Shown here piece by piece: positions 51,563 through 60,988 of a stretch of DNA of 64,000 nt (positions are counted from its first letter, which is position 1; every line of letters begins with the position of its first letter). Below the pieces are notes generated by a model. The model searched no databases and was not told the origin of the DNA. It saw nothing but the letters and a program-made list of their open reading frames with translations. The position numbers were made by a program, and so were the translations under genes. The DNA is from an uncultured Clostridium sp. (GTDB lineage Bacteria; Bacillota; Clostridia; Lachnospirales; Lachnospiraceae): NCBI GenBank assembly GCA_947253885.1, contig CAMYAO010000002.1:25143-89142 (forward strand), read 5' to 3'.

Positions 51563-52183
51563 TCAATTGATGATTTCCATTCTGGAAAGAGGACTAATTC
51601 GAAACCAGACCCCTCCTATAATATTTTTTTTCTCAATCATTCCTATATTTGAGAATCTGCTGTCTTCACTCGCATCCGGGTTATCTCCCAAAATAAAGTA
51701 TTTACCTTCTGGAACTTTTACTTTATCTGCGATCACTCCCGGATTATCAATATAGGTACTGGCAATTTTAGAAGTCCCCGTATCTGAATATTTTTTTCCA
51801 TTTACATACAAATAATGATTCTCTACCTTTATTGTATCTCCTCCTACCGCCACAATTCTTTTAATGGAGTAATGATCCTCATCTGCCCCTTCCGATGCTA
51901 TCACTGCTATATCCCCACGCTTCGGTGCCTGTAGCCTGTAAGAAAGACGATTCAATAATACCGTCTCTCCCTCTTTCATGGTTGGTGACATTCCGCTACC
52001 GGTAACGGTTATTTTTTTTCCAAAGCTGAATACACCACCTGCAGCTATCATCACTGCCACAATGATCGAAATAATAAATAAACGTCTTTTTTGAATCGTA
52101 CTCAATTCGATCCCTCGTCTATATCTTCGATTAAATCGAAGCCCTTTTCTTCTTCGAATCATATTTATCCCCCATTTCATCAT
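51563..52183 (-). CDS. lepB: Signal peptidase I (S26 family)
   Basis: N-terminal TM anchor, catalytic Ser region GSGMSPT, Lys box (Y.IKRIVAVGGD), GDNPDAS. Confidence 0.85.
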   Translation of the reverse strand: MMKWGINMIRRRKGLRFNRRYRRGIELSTIQKRRLFIISIIVAVMIAAGGVFSFGKKITVTGSGMSPTMKEGETVLLNRLSYRLQAPKRGDIAVIASEGADEDHYSIKRIVAVGGDTIKVENHYLYVNGKKYSDTGTSKIASTYIDNPGVIADKVKVPEGKYFILGDNPDASEDSRFSNIGMIEKKNIIGGVWFRISPLSRMEIIN

Positions 52184-52204
52184 AAATACATGTTTAGCGC
52201 AATG

Positions 52205-52249
52205 TCAAAAAGGTGATATTTTTGGTTTCCCAAAAATACCACCTTTTAT
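52205..52249. terminator. Hairpin terminator downstream of rplS
   Basis: AAAAAGGTGATATTTTTGG-TTTC-CCAAAAATACCACCTTTTATT: a 14-bp stem with one mismatch, flanked by an A-run and a T-run. Confidence 0.45.
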
Positions 52250-52256
52250 TGGTCAA

Positions 52257-52610
52257 TTATTTTACTAATTCTTTTACCTTAGTAGCTTTACCTACACGAC
52301 CACGTAAGTAATGAAGTCTCGCTCTGCGGACTTTACCTCTACGAACGACTTCAATAGAATCAACGTTCGGAGAGTTAACCGGCCATGTTTTCTCAACGCC
52401 GACACCATTCGAAAACTTACGAACAGTAAAAGTCTCTCTTGAACTTCCGCCCTGTCTCTTTAATACGGTTCCTTCAAATACCTGAATTCTCTCGCGATTA
52501 CCCTCTCGAATCTTAGCATGTACTCGAACGGTATCACCTACTCGAAAATCTGGCAAATCAGTACGAACCTGCTCTGCTTCAATACTTCTGATCAATTCTT
52601 GTGGATTCAT
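52257..52610 (-). CDS. rplS: 50S ribosomal protein L19
   Basis: [14 protein letters not shown]...GDTVRV...RLHYLRGR. Start at 52610 with an AGGAGG RBS. The ORF-track start at 52712 is an upstream extension. Confidence 0.9.
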   Translation of the reverse strand: MNPQELIRSIEAEQVRTDLPDFRVGDTVRVHAKIREGNRERIQVFEGTVLKRQGGSSRETFTVRKFSNGVGVEKTWPVNSPNVDSIEVVRRGKVRRARLHYLRGRVGKATKVKELVK

Positions 52611-52729
52611 AATATGTGACCTCCTATTTATTCGGATGTTCTTAATACAACTGCTGTAACAGAGGACCATCTCTTCTTTATTCACAATATAGAATGTTAC
52701 CATATTATCCAACCGGAATCAAGTATTTT

Positions 52730-53335
52730 TTAATCGCTCTTATGTTCCATACAATAAAGGATCATATCCGGAGAAAAGCCTTTTCTCATCAGGTACGCAT
52801 ACACTCGCTTCTTTTCTTTCAGATCCGCCTGTTCGGAATCATAATGTCTTTTTTCTAGCAGCCTGTAAAGTAATTCTTCTTCTCTCCCCTCATAACACGA
52901 TTCTATTGCCAACTCTGTCGTATCTTTTGATACCCCTCTTTGCAGCAATGTATGGATCAGATCCCGTTTGCTTTTTTGCTTCTGATGATAACGGATATAG
53001 GTGGTGGCATATCGCAAATCATCTACGTAATGATAATGCTCTACATAAGCAATTGCATCTTCTATTACTGCTTCCGGATATCCGTCCAAAGTAAGCTTTT
53101 GCCAAAGCTGCTTCCTTGTCCGATCCATTTTCTGAAGAAGAAACAGTAAGCGTTTTTCCGCTCTCTTTAACAGAATCTGACTGCAAATCTCCCGGTATAT
53201 TTCCTCCGTCAGCTCCACTGCTTCTTTTATTTGATACATCCCGAGTTCTTTCCTATATAGAACAAACTGAAGTCCGTTATCTAAAAAAACTCTGTGCTTT
53301 CCATTTTTCAGATCTTTAATTTCCGTTACTAACAT
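52730..53335 (-). CDS. recX: RecA regulator RecX
   Basis: Three-helix repeat architecture, immediately downstream of recA with a 0-nt gap. Confidence 0.8.
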   Translation of the reverse strand: MLVTEIKDLKNGKHRVFLDNGLQFVLYRKELGMYQIKEAVELTEEIYREICSQILLKRAEKRLLFLLQKMDRTRKQLWQKLTLDGYPEAVIEDAIAYVEHYHYVDDLRYATTYIRYHQKQKSKRDLIHTLLQRGVSKDTTELAIESCYEGREEELLYRLLEKRHYDSEQADLKEKKRVYAYLMRKGFSPDMILYCMEHKSD

Positions 53336-54364
53336 CTATTCCGTTTCAGCGTTCTCTTCAGTATCGCTATCCTCTAAACCGTATTCACTGCGCACTTTTG
53401 TATAGATTTCATTAAAAATTTCCGGATGTTCCGCTAAAAAATGCTTGGCATTTTCACGTCCCTGACCGATCTTTTCATTGTTGTATGCATACCACGCACC
53501 CGATTTATTGATAATATCACAGTTAGCTGCAAGATCCAATACATCACCTTCTCTGGAAATCCCTTTTCCGAACATGATGTCAAACTCCGCCTCTTTAAAT
53601 GGTGGTGCAATCTTATTTTTGACCACCTTTATACGGGTACGATTTCCTACTACTTCTCCGCTCTGTTTTAAAGCCTCAATTCGTCGAACATCTAAACGGA
53701 TAGAAGAATAAAACTTAAGTGCTCTTCCTCCGGTAGTAGTCTCGGGATTTCCGAACATAATCCCCACTTTTTCACGTAACTGATTGATAAAGATTACGAT
53801 ACAATTGGATTTACTGATAACGGAAGTCAATTTACGAAGTGCCTGTGACATCAAACGTGCCTGCAAACCGACATGGGAATCCCCCATATCTCCGTCTATC
53901 TCCGCTTTAGGCACCAATGCGGCAACGGAATCTACAATTACAATGTCAACTGCTCCCGAACGCACCATAGTCTCTGTAATCTCCAATGCCTGCTCTCCGC
54001 TGTCCGGCTGAGAAATATATAGATTATCGATATCCACACCGATATTTTTTGCATAGACCGGATCCAATGCATGCTCCGCATCAATAAAACCTGCGATTCC
54101 TCCCGCCTTTTGTACCTCTGCCACCATATGCAGGGCAACAGTGGTCTTACCAGAAGATTCCGGACCGTACACTTCTACAATTCGTCCTCTTGGAACTCCT
54201 CCGAGTCCTAATGCAATATCTAAACTCAAACACCCTGTAGGGACGGTCTCCACCGCCATATGTACACTAGGATCTCCTAATTTCATGATAGATCCCTTTC
54301 CGTACTGTTTTTCAATGTGTGAGATTGCAGCCTCCAAAGCTCTTACTTTATCATCATTTGCCAT
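53336..54364 (-). CDS. recA: Recombinase RecA
   Basis: GPESSGKTT Walker A, L1/L2 loops; highly conserved RecA. Confidence 0.95.
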   Translation of the reverse strand: MANDDKVRALEAAISHIEKQYGKGSIMKLGDPSVHMAVETVPTGCLSLDIALGLGGVPRGRIVEVYGPESSGKTTVALHMVAEVQKAGGIAGFIDAEHALDPVYAKNIGVDIDNLYISQPDSGEQALEITETMVRSGAVDIVIVDSVAALVPKAEIDGDMGDSHVGLQARLMSQALRKLTSVISKSNCIVIFINQLREKVGIMFGNPETTTGGRALKFYSSIRLDVRRIEALKQSGEVVGNRTRIKVVKNKIAPPFKEAEFDIMFGKGISREGDVLDLAANCDIINKSGAWYAYNNEKIGQGRENAKHFLAEHPEIFNEIYTKVRSEYGLEDSDTEENAETE

Positions 54365-54379
54365 ATTATTCTCCTTTTT

Positions 54380-54393
54380 CGAACTTTTGTTCG
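54380..54393. promoter_or_regulatory. LexA operator (Firmicutes Cheo/SOS box) CGAAC-N4-GTTCG upstream of recA
   Basis: CGAACTTTTGTTCG, a perfect dyad, 4 nt upstream of the recA RBS and 10 nt downstream of a TATAAT -10 (complement of 54404-54409). Confidence 0.7.
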
Positions 54394-54544
54394 ATTTTCT
54401 TTCATTATACTATCCTATATTGATTTAAAAGTCAATAATGATTCTGTTTCTAAAAAATAGGGGATTTTTACGAAATATCCAGATAGATATTATTATATTA
54501 CGCAGGAACCGCGTGCAAGTCAACATTTGACCTTTCTCCAGTAA

Positions 54545-54582
54545 CGAAAAAGAAGATCGTCCTGTCAAAGACCATCTTCTTT
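54545..54582 (-). terminator. Rho-independent terminator downstream of prfC
   Basis: On the minus strand: AAGAAGATGGTC...GACGATCTTCTT (a 12-bp stem with one mismatch) followed by TTTTTCG. Confidence 0.5.
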
Positions 54583-54594
54583 CTGCTATTTCCT

Positions 54595-56184
54595 TTAATT
54601 TTTTCCGAATTCCGACAATGACAGACCTTCGTTTCGATCCAGAACCATTCCGATACTCCATTCATTTACAAATAACAGCAACGGACGATCTTTTAAGTCT
54701 AAAATCTTTTTCATATCCGAGGTTCCCGAGATAGTGTCCATATCTATCTTTTCATTTTCTATCCATCGAATATACTGATATGGAAGATTTTCCAGTCTTA
54801 TCTCTACATTGTATTCATTTTCTAAACGAAACTTCAAAACATCAAACTGTAAAATACCGACTACCCCGACAATAATCTCTTCCATTCCTCCGCTGTGCTC
54901 TCTAAAAATCTGAATCGCACCTTCCTGAGCAATCTGAGATACTCCCTTTACAAACTGTTTCCTCTTCATTGTATCCACTTGACGCACTCTTGCAAAATGC
55001 TCCGGTGCAAAAGTGGGAATCCCTTCAAAGGCAAACTTCTCCTTTGCAGTTGTCAGCGTGTCTCCTATGGAAAAAATTCCCGGATCAAATACACCTATGA
55101 TATCTCCGGCATAAGCTTCTTCCACCATTTTACGATCCTGTGCCATCAACTGCTGTGATTGTGCCAACTTGATCTGCTTTTGACCTTGTACATGATATAC
55201 TTCCATACCAGACTCATATTTGCCAGAGCAGATTCTCATAAATGCAATCCTGTCTCGATGCGCCTTATTCATGTTCGCCTGAATCTTAAATACAAAAGCA
55301 CTGAAGTCATTTGAAAACGGATCCACTACATCCAGATCAGACATACGAGGCAGCGGAGAACTGGTCATTTCTAAAAAATGTGTCAAAAACGGTTCAACTC
55401 CGAAATTTGTTAGTGCAGAACCGAAAAACACCGGTGATAATTTTCCTTTTGACACCGCTTCCTGACAAAACTCCGCACTGGCTCCGTCCAACAGTTCGAT
55501 TTCTTCTTCCAGTTGTTCCAAATACTCGGTTCCGATTTCATTTCTCAATTCCTCTGTCCCAAGATCAAACAGTTTTTCTATACCCTCTGTCGTTCCCTTA
55601 CGCGTATCGGAGAAAGTGATGACCTGTTTCGACTGACGATCATAGACCCCTTTAAAATTTTTACCGCTTCCGATAGGCCAGTTGATCGGGCAGGTCGCAA
55701 TCCCCAATACCTTCTCAATCTCATCCATCAATTCAAATGCATCTTTTGCATCCCGATCCATCTTATTAACAAACGTAAAAATCGGTATATGCCTCATCAC
55801 ACAAACCTTAAATAACTTAATAGTCTGCGCCTCCACACCTTTGGAGCCGTCAATAACCATCACGGCAGAGTCTGCAGCCATCAGCGTCCGATATGTATCT
55901 TCTGAAAAGTCCTGATGCCCCGGAGTATCCAAAATATTGATACATTTTCCCTTATAAAAAAACTGCAGTACGGAGGAGGTTACTGAAATACCTCTTTGCT
56001 TTTCGATCTCCATCCAATCGGATACCGCATGCTTTGCAGTTGCTTTTCCTTTTACAGATCCCGCTTGGTTGATCGCCCCCCCATATAATAAAAATTTTTC
56101 TGTTAACGTCGTTTTTCCCGCATCAGGGTGGGAAATAATGGCAAATGTCCTTCTTTTTTCTATTTCTTCTTTAAATGTTTCCAC
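54595..56184 (-). CDS. prfC: Peptide chain release factor 3 (translational GTPase)
   Basis: AIISHPDAGKTTLTE, DTPGHQDF, NKMDR G-motifs; 529 aa. Confidence 0.9.
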   Translation of the reverse strand: METFKEEIEKRRTFAIISHPDAGKTTLTEKFLLYGGAINQAGSVKGKATAKHAVSDWMEIEKQRGISVTSSVLQFFYKGKCINILDTPGHQDFSEDTYRTLMAADSAVMVIDGSKGVEAQTIKLFKVCVMRHIPIFTFVNKMDRDAKDAFELMDEIEKVLGIATCPINWPIGSGKNFKGVYDRQSKQVITFSDTRKGTTEGIEKLFDLGTEELRNEIGTEYLEQLEEEIELLDGASAEFCQEAVSKGKLSPVFFGSALTNFGVEPFLTHFLEMTSSPLPRMSDLDVVDPFSNDFSAFVFKIQANMNKAHRDRIAFMRICSGKYESGMEVYHVQGQKQIKLAQSQQLMAQDRKMVEEAYAGDIIGVFDPGIFSIGDTLTTAKEKFAFEGIPTFAPEHFARVRQVDTMKRKQFVKGVSQIAQEGAIQIFREHSGGMEEIIVGVVGILQFDVLKFRLENEYNVEIRLENLPYQYIRWIENEKIDMDTISGTSDMKKILDLKDRPLLLFVNEWSIGMVLDRNEGLSLSEFGKN

Positions 56185-56245
56185 AAATTGTTCTCCTGTT
56201 ATCTTATGTCACTGTTACATATTCTAAAGAAGCTCCAAACCCTTG

Positions 56246-57409
56246 TCAAGAATTGTTCCAGAGACTTTTTCCGGAAATCTCCGTCGGAATATCCAGATAC
56301 TCCAAAATGCTTGCTCCGATATCTGCAAATGTATTTCTGGTCCCGTAATTGACATCTGCCCTTATCTGTTTTCCATAGAGTAAGAGCGGAATATATTCAC
56401 GCGAATGATCTGTAGATTTTGTATAACCGGGATCACATCCGTGATCTGCCGTAATCATCAAAATATCCTGTTCTTTCAGTTTTTCCATTATTTTCGGAAG
56501 TTGTCGATCAAACTCCGTCAGAGCTTTTGCATATCCGTCTATATCGTTTCGATGACCGTATAACATATCAAAATCTACCAGATTAACAAAACAAAGTCCG
56601 TCAAATGACTGTTCCATATAATCCAAAGTCTTTCGAATCCCATCTGCATTATCTGTTGTCCTGACGGTCTCGGTTATCCCGGATCCCGCAAAAATATCAT
56701 TTATTTTACCTACACCTATTACCGTCTTACCAGCCCGGTATATCTGATCCAGCATAGTCACTCCGCCGGGAGACAGAGCATAATCATGTCGGTTACTTGT
56801 TCGAACAAAAGCTCCCGGTGTTCCGATAAACGGTCTGGCAATCACTCTTCCGACAGCCAGCTCCCCCGATAACATTTCTCTTGCAATCTCACAATCGCGA
56901 TATAACTCTTCCAGAGGAACAACCTCCTCATGAGCCGCTACCTGAAAAACGGAATCAGCAGATGTATATACAATCAGGCTGCCATCCTTCATGTGCTGCA
57001 CACCATAATCCTTTATTACCTCTGTCCCGGAATAAGGTTGATTGCACAAAACTCTGCGTCCTGTCCGCTTTTCATAAGCGTCTATAAAGGTCTGCGGAAA
57101 TCCGTTTGGAAAAACAGGCATCGGATTCTTAGAAATCAAGCCTGCTATCTCCCAATGACCGGTTACCGTATCTTTTCCCTTGGATGCTTCCTTAAGTCTT
57201 GCATAGCTTCCCAAAACCTCCGATTCATTTCTCAGATAGTTTACACCGTCAATCTTCCCAAGACCCAATTTCATTAGATTCGGAATATCAAAATAAGAGC
57301 TTTTTGAAATGGTTCTCATTGTATTTGTCCCAACATCACCAAACTCCGCCGCATCCGGAGCTTCTCCGATTCCCACACTGTCTAATACGATCAAAAAAAT
57401 CCGTTTCAC
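56246..57409 (-). CDS. deoB: Phosphopentomutase
   Basis: MKRIFLIVLDSVGIGEAPDA alkaline-phosphatase-like N-terminus; DeoB family. Confidence 0.9.
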   Translation of the reverse strand: MKRIFLIVLDSVGIGEAPDAAEFGDVGTNTMRTISKSSYFDIPNLMKLGLGKIDGVNYLRNESEVLGSYARLKEASKGKDTVTGHWEIAGLISKNPMPVFPNGFPQTFIDAYEKRTGRRVLCNQPYSGTEVIKDYGVQHMKDGSLIVYTSADSVFQVAAHEEVVPLEELYRDCEIAREMLSGELAVGRVIARPFIGTPGAFVRTSNRHDYALSPGGVTMLDQIYRAGKTVIGVGKINDIFAGSGITETVRTTDNADGIRKTLDYMEQSFDGLCFVNLVDFDMLYGHRNDIDGYAKALTEFDRQLPKIMEKLKEQDILMITADHGCDPGYTKSTDHSREYIPLLLYGKQIRADVNYGTRNTFADIGASILEYLDIPTEISGKSLWNNS

Positions 57410-57438
57410 TCTTATTCCTCCTTTTATTATTGAAATTT

Positions 57439-57468
57439 AAAAAAGGACAGCCATTGGCTGCCCCTTTT
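57439..57468 (-). terminator. Terminator downstream of rpsU (bidirectional in form)
   Basis: AAAAAAGGACAGCC-ATTG-GCTGCCCCTTTT: an 8-bp stem with one mismatch; on the minus strand it is followed by a 6-U run. Confidence 0.5.
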
Positions 57469-57513
57469 CTCTACACGTATATCAACTCTCTGCCAGACAG
57501 ATATGAATGATAC

Positions 57514-57690
57514 TTAGTTGTATTTACGTTTTCTTGCCGCTTCAGATTTCTTTTTACGTCTTACGCTTGGCTTTTCGTAATGTTCTCTCTTACGAATTTC
57601 CTGCTGAATACCAGCTTTTGCGCAATTTCTTTTAAATCTACGTAAAGCGCTATCTAAAGTTTCGTTTTCTTTTACGATTACATTTGACAT
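57514..57690 (-). CDS. rpsU: 30S ribosomal protein S21 (58 aa; below the ORF-track size cut-off)
   Basis: Hand-translated minus-strand ORF: [58 protein letters not shown], the canonical S21 sequence. GGAGGGAGG RBS. Confidence 0.85.
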   Translation of the reverse strand: MSNVIVKENETLDSALRRFKRNCAKAGIQQEIRKREHYEKPSVRRKKKSEAARKRKYN

Positions 57691-57767
57691 AGTCTACACC
57701 TAACCTCCCTCCAGTTGCGTATTGTGCATAATCAACTGTTTGGGTAATTCTAATTGCACTGCAAGTA

Positions 57768-57794
57768 ATTATATCATAAATTACCCCATCGTCA
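57768..57794 (-). promoter_or_regulatory. Putative sigma-A promoter for rpsU (TTGACG-16-TATAAT on the minus strand)
   Basis: Complement of 57789-57794 = TTGACG, 16-nt spacer, complement of 57768-57773 = TATAAT; leader of about 75 nt. Confidence 0.4.
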
Positions 57795-57823
57795 AGTATA
57801 TTTTTCAATTTTTCTTTAGATTT

Positions 57824-60481
57824 TTAGGATTGTATTTGACCCTGTAAAACGACTTTTGCTTCATCTAAAGCCTCTTTTATTCCGCTCGGATCAGAACCGC
57901 CGGCCTGTGCCATATTCGGTCGTCCGCCTCCGCCTCCGCCGACCTTAGGCGCAATCGCTTTGATCAGTTTTCCGGCATGTGCTCCCGCTTTCACAGCAGA
58001 ATCTGTTGCCATAACAACCAGTCCGACTTTTCCGTTGTGTACAGATGCCAATACAACAACACCTTCCCCAATATCGGATTTTAACTGATCTCCAAGATCT
58101 CGTAGTGCATGGTTTTCCACATCTTCTACTGATAACGCCAACAGCTTCACTCCGGACACTTCTTCTACTGCATCCATTGCATTTCCGAGAGAAGCCTGTG
58201 CATTTTTACTTTTAACAGACTCCAATTCGCTTGCAATCTCCTTATTTTCTGTCTGCAGATGTAAAATCTTCTCTACCACCTCTTCCGGAGTCGCTTTTAA
58301 GGCTGCTGCCGCCCCTTTTAAGATGTTTTCTTTTTTCTGCAGATATTCAAACAATCCGACAGAGGTAAGTGCCTCTATACGGCGAACTCCAGAAGCCACT
58401 CCGCTTTCTGAAACAATCTGAAAGGCCGCTATACTTCCGGTATTTGCAACATGAGTTCCTCCACACAGTTCCGTAGAGAAGTTTCCCATCGATACCACAC
58501 GTACTTTCTCTCCGTACTTCTCATCAAACAATGCCATTGCACCTGTTTTCTTTGCCTCATCCATAGACATGATATCCGTATGAACCGGAAGCCATGCTTC
58601 AATCTGCTCATTTACGATGGTTTCCACTTTTTTGATTTCTTCCTTTGTCATAGGAGAAAAGTGAGTGAAATCAAAACGTAACCGATCCGGATTCACATCA
58701 GAGCCCTTTTGTGCTACATGTGTTCCCAATACGTCTCTCAATGCTTTATGCAATAAATGCGTCGCACTGTGATTTCGTGCAATTCTCCAATGCCTCTTAC
58801 CGTCTACCTCCATCTCTGCTTCATCTTTTACCCGAATAATTCCGGTGCTGACATGGCCGACATGACCGATCTTTCCACCCAGCAGACTGATTACGTCTTC
58901 TACCTGAAATTCTCCCGATTCTGTTTTTATCACACCTGTATCTGCCGTCTGACCTCCCATAGTTGCATAAAACGGGGTTTTCTCCGTAATAATTGTCCCC
59001 AATTCTCCTTCATGAAGTTCCGTAACGATCTCCGTATCTGTTGTCAGAACAATGATGTCAGATTTACAGTTCAAATCGGTATAACCGACAAATTCGGTTG
59101 TAACAGCAGGATCGATTTCCAAATATACCGTTGCATCCGCCCCCATGTAATTCATGGTTTTTCGAGCTCCGCGTGCCTTCTTTCTCTGTACCTCCATTGC
59201 CGCCTCAAAACCGTCGCAATCATATGTATAACCGTCATCTTCCAGAATTTCCTGTGTCAGATCAATCGGAAAACCGTAGGTGTCATACAGTTTAAATGCA
59301 TTCTCTCCGGAAAGCACTTTTTCTCCGGATTGTTTTAATTCTGTCTTCATCTGTGCAAGAATCTCTAATCCCTGATCAATTGTCTTATTAAAGCTTTCTT
59401 CTTCTGTAGTTAACACCTTGAAAATAAACTCTTTTCTCTCCTCCAGTTCCGGATATCCGTCTTTGCATTCTTCTATAACTGTATCTGATAACTCTGCCAG
59501 GAACAAATGATCAATACCGAGCATTCTGCCATGACGAGCAGCACGACGAATCAGACGACGCAATACATACCCTCTGCCCTCATTGCTCGGCGTAATACCG
59601 TCACTGATCATAAATACGGAAGAACGTATATGATCCGTAATCAGGCGAATGGAAACATCGTCTGACTGATCTGTCCGATAGGTTTTTCCGGATAGAGAAC
59701 ATACTTTATCACGGATCGCTTTCATTGTATCAATATCAAATACAGAATTCACATCCTGCACTACTACCGCAAGACGCTCCAATCCCATACCGGTGTCAAT
59801 GTTCTTATTCTCCAACTCTGTATAATTTCCGTGTCCGTCTGAATTAAACTGTGTAAACACATTATTCCAGACCTCCATATAACGATCACATTCACAACCA
59901 ACCCTGCAATCAGGCTCTCCACAACCGTATTTTTCTCCTCGGTCGTAATAAATCTCTGAACATGGTCCGCATGGTCCCGCTCCATGTTCCCAGAAATTAT
60001 CACAATCTCCGTTTTCATCCCGATAAAACTTTGTAATACGCTCCGGCGCAACACCGATTTCATCCACCCAGATACGAAAAGCCTCTTCATCTTCTCCATA
60101 TACAGACGGATATAAACGATCTTCTTCCAGGCCGATTACTTTTGTTAAAAATTCCCACGACCAGGCAATTGCTTCGTGTTTAAAATAATCTCCAAAGGAG
60201 AAGTTTCCGAGCATTTCAAAAAAAGTAAGATGTCGTGCCGTCTTTCCCACATTTTCGATATCACCGGTACGAACACACTTCTGACAAGTTGCCATACGAC
60301 GTTTAGGCGGAATTTCCAAACCTGTAAAATAAGGCTTTAACGGAGCCATTCCGGCATTGATCAATAAAATACTTTTATCATTATGCGGAACCAAGGAATA
60401 CGAGCTTTTTACCAAATGCTCTTTTGTTTCAAAAAAATGTAAAAACATTCTTCGTAATTCATTTACACCATACGCTTTCAA
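57824..60481 (-). CDS. alaS: Alanyl-tRNA synthetase (TTG start)
   Basis: Class II aaRS motifs, editing domain with HxxxH...CGGTH (ELCGGTHV), C-terminal DHHA1. Start set at the TTG at 60481 (L KAYGVNELRRMFLHFFE...), preceded by AGGAGG 9 nt upstream. The ORF-track ATG at 60523 would overlap rnhA. Confidence 0.85.
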   Translation of the reverse strand: MKAYGVNELRRMFLHFFETKEHLVKSSYSLVPHNDKSILLINAGMAPLKPYFTGLEIPPKRRMATCQKCVRTGDIENVGKTARHLTFFEMLGNFSFGDYFKHEAIAWSWEFLTKVIGLEEDRLYPSVYGEDEEAFRIWVDEIGVAPERITKFYRDENGDCDNFWEHGAGPCGPCSEIYYDRGEKYGCGEPDCRVGCECDRYMEVWNNVFTQFNSDGHGNYTELENKNIDTGMGLERLAVVVQDVNSVFDIDTMKAIRDKVCSLSGKTYRTDQSDDVSIRLITDHIRSSVFMISDGITPSNEGRGYVLRRLIRRAARHGRMLGIDHLFLAELSDTVIEECKDGYPELEERKEFIFKVLTTEEESFNKTIDQGLEILAQMKTELKQSGEKVLSGENAFKLYDTYGFPIDLTQEILEDDGYTYDCDGFEAAMEVQRKKARGARKTMNYMGADATVYLEIDPAVTTEFVGYTDLNCKSDIIVLTTDTEIVTELHEGELGTIITEKTPFYATMGGQTADTGVIKTESGEFQVEDVISLLGGKIGHVGHVSTGIIRVKDEAEMEVDGKRHWRIARNHSATHLLHKALRDVLGTHVAQKGSDVNPDRLRFDFTHFSPMTKEEIKKVETIVNEQIEAWLPVHTDIMSMDEAKKTGAMALFDEKYGEKVRVVSMGNFSTELCGGTHVANTGSIAAFQIVSESGVASGVRRIEALTSVGLFEYLQKKENILKGAAAALKATPEEVVEKILHLQTENKEIASELESVKSKNAQASLGNAMDAVEEVSGVKLLALSVEDVENHALRDLGDQLKSDIGEGVVVLASVHNGKVGLVVMATDSAVKAGAHAGKLIKAIAPKVGGGGGGRPNMAQAGGSDPSGIKEALDEAKVVLQGQIQS

Positions 60482-60500
60482 TCTATATATCCTCCTAAAC

Positions 60501-60980
60501 TTAACTGTTTTCTGCCACATCATCTTTTAACGGAAAGCCATCAGCCGCCGTTGTAGCCAATGTATCGCATCTTTCATTTTCCGGATGACCGTCATGCCCT
60601 TTTACCCAATAAAAGGTAACCCGATGAGGTTCCTTCGCTTTTAAAAATCTTTTCCATAAATCTATATTTTTTACCGGCTTATTATCTGATTTTTTCCAGC
60701 CTTTTTTTTGCCAATTCTCAATCCAATTCTGACGAAATGCATCCACCACATATTTCGAATCGGAATACAACTCCACCTCACAGGGTCTGGTCAATGCTTC
60801 CAGACCGACAATTGCCGCCATCAGCTCCATTCTGTTATTGGTTGTTTTTTTATATCCGGCACTGTATTCTCTTTCGTGCATATGTCCGTTCGTGTCTGTA
60901 TATTGCAAAATTGCTCCATATCCTCCCGGACCGTCCGGATTTCCTCTGGCTGCACCATCTGTATATAATTTTACCTTCAT
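60501..60980 (-). CDS. rnhA: Ribonuclease HI
   Basis: LYTDGAARGNP...E...D...HD...D catalytic DEDD residues; 159 aa. Confidence 0.85.
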   Translation of the reverse strand: MKVKLYTDGAARGNPDGPGGYGAILQYTDTNGHMHEREYSAGYKKTTNNRMELMAAIVGLEALTRPCEVELYSDSKYVVDAFRQNWIENWQKKGWKKSDNKPVKNIDLWKRFLKAKEPHRVTFYWVKGHDGHPENERCDTLATTAADGFPLKDDVAENS

Positions 60981-60988
60981 ACATACCC

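Noticed and set aside
54425-54661. 78-aa ORF spanning the prfC terminator and the recA upstream region
   Set aside because: It overlaps the prfC 3' end and the terminator hairpin, with no RBS. It is a shadow ORF.
60481-60523. T-box riboswitch upstream of alaS (and of glnS at 9973-10000)
   Set aside because: There is no space: alaS begins 20 nt after rnhA and glnS overlaps its upstream gene by 1 nt. No specifier-loop or antiterminator-like sequence is present.
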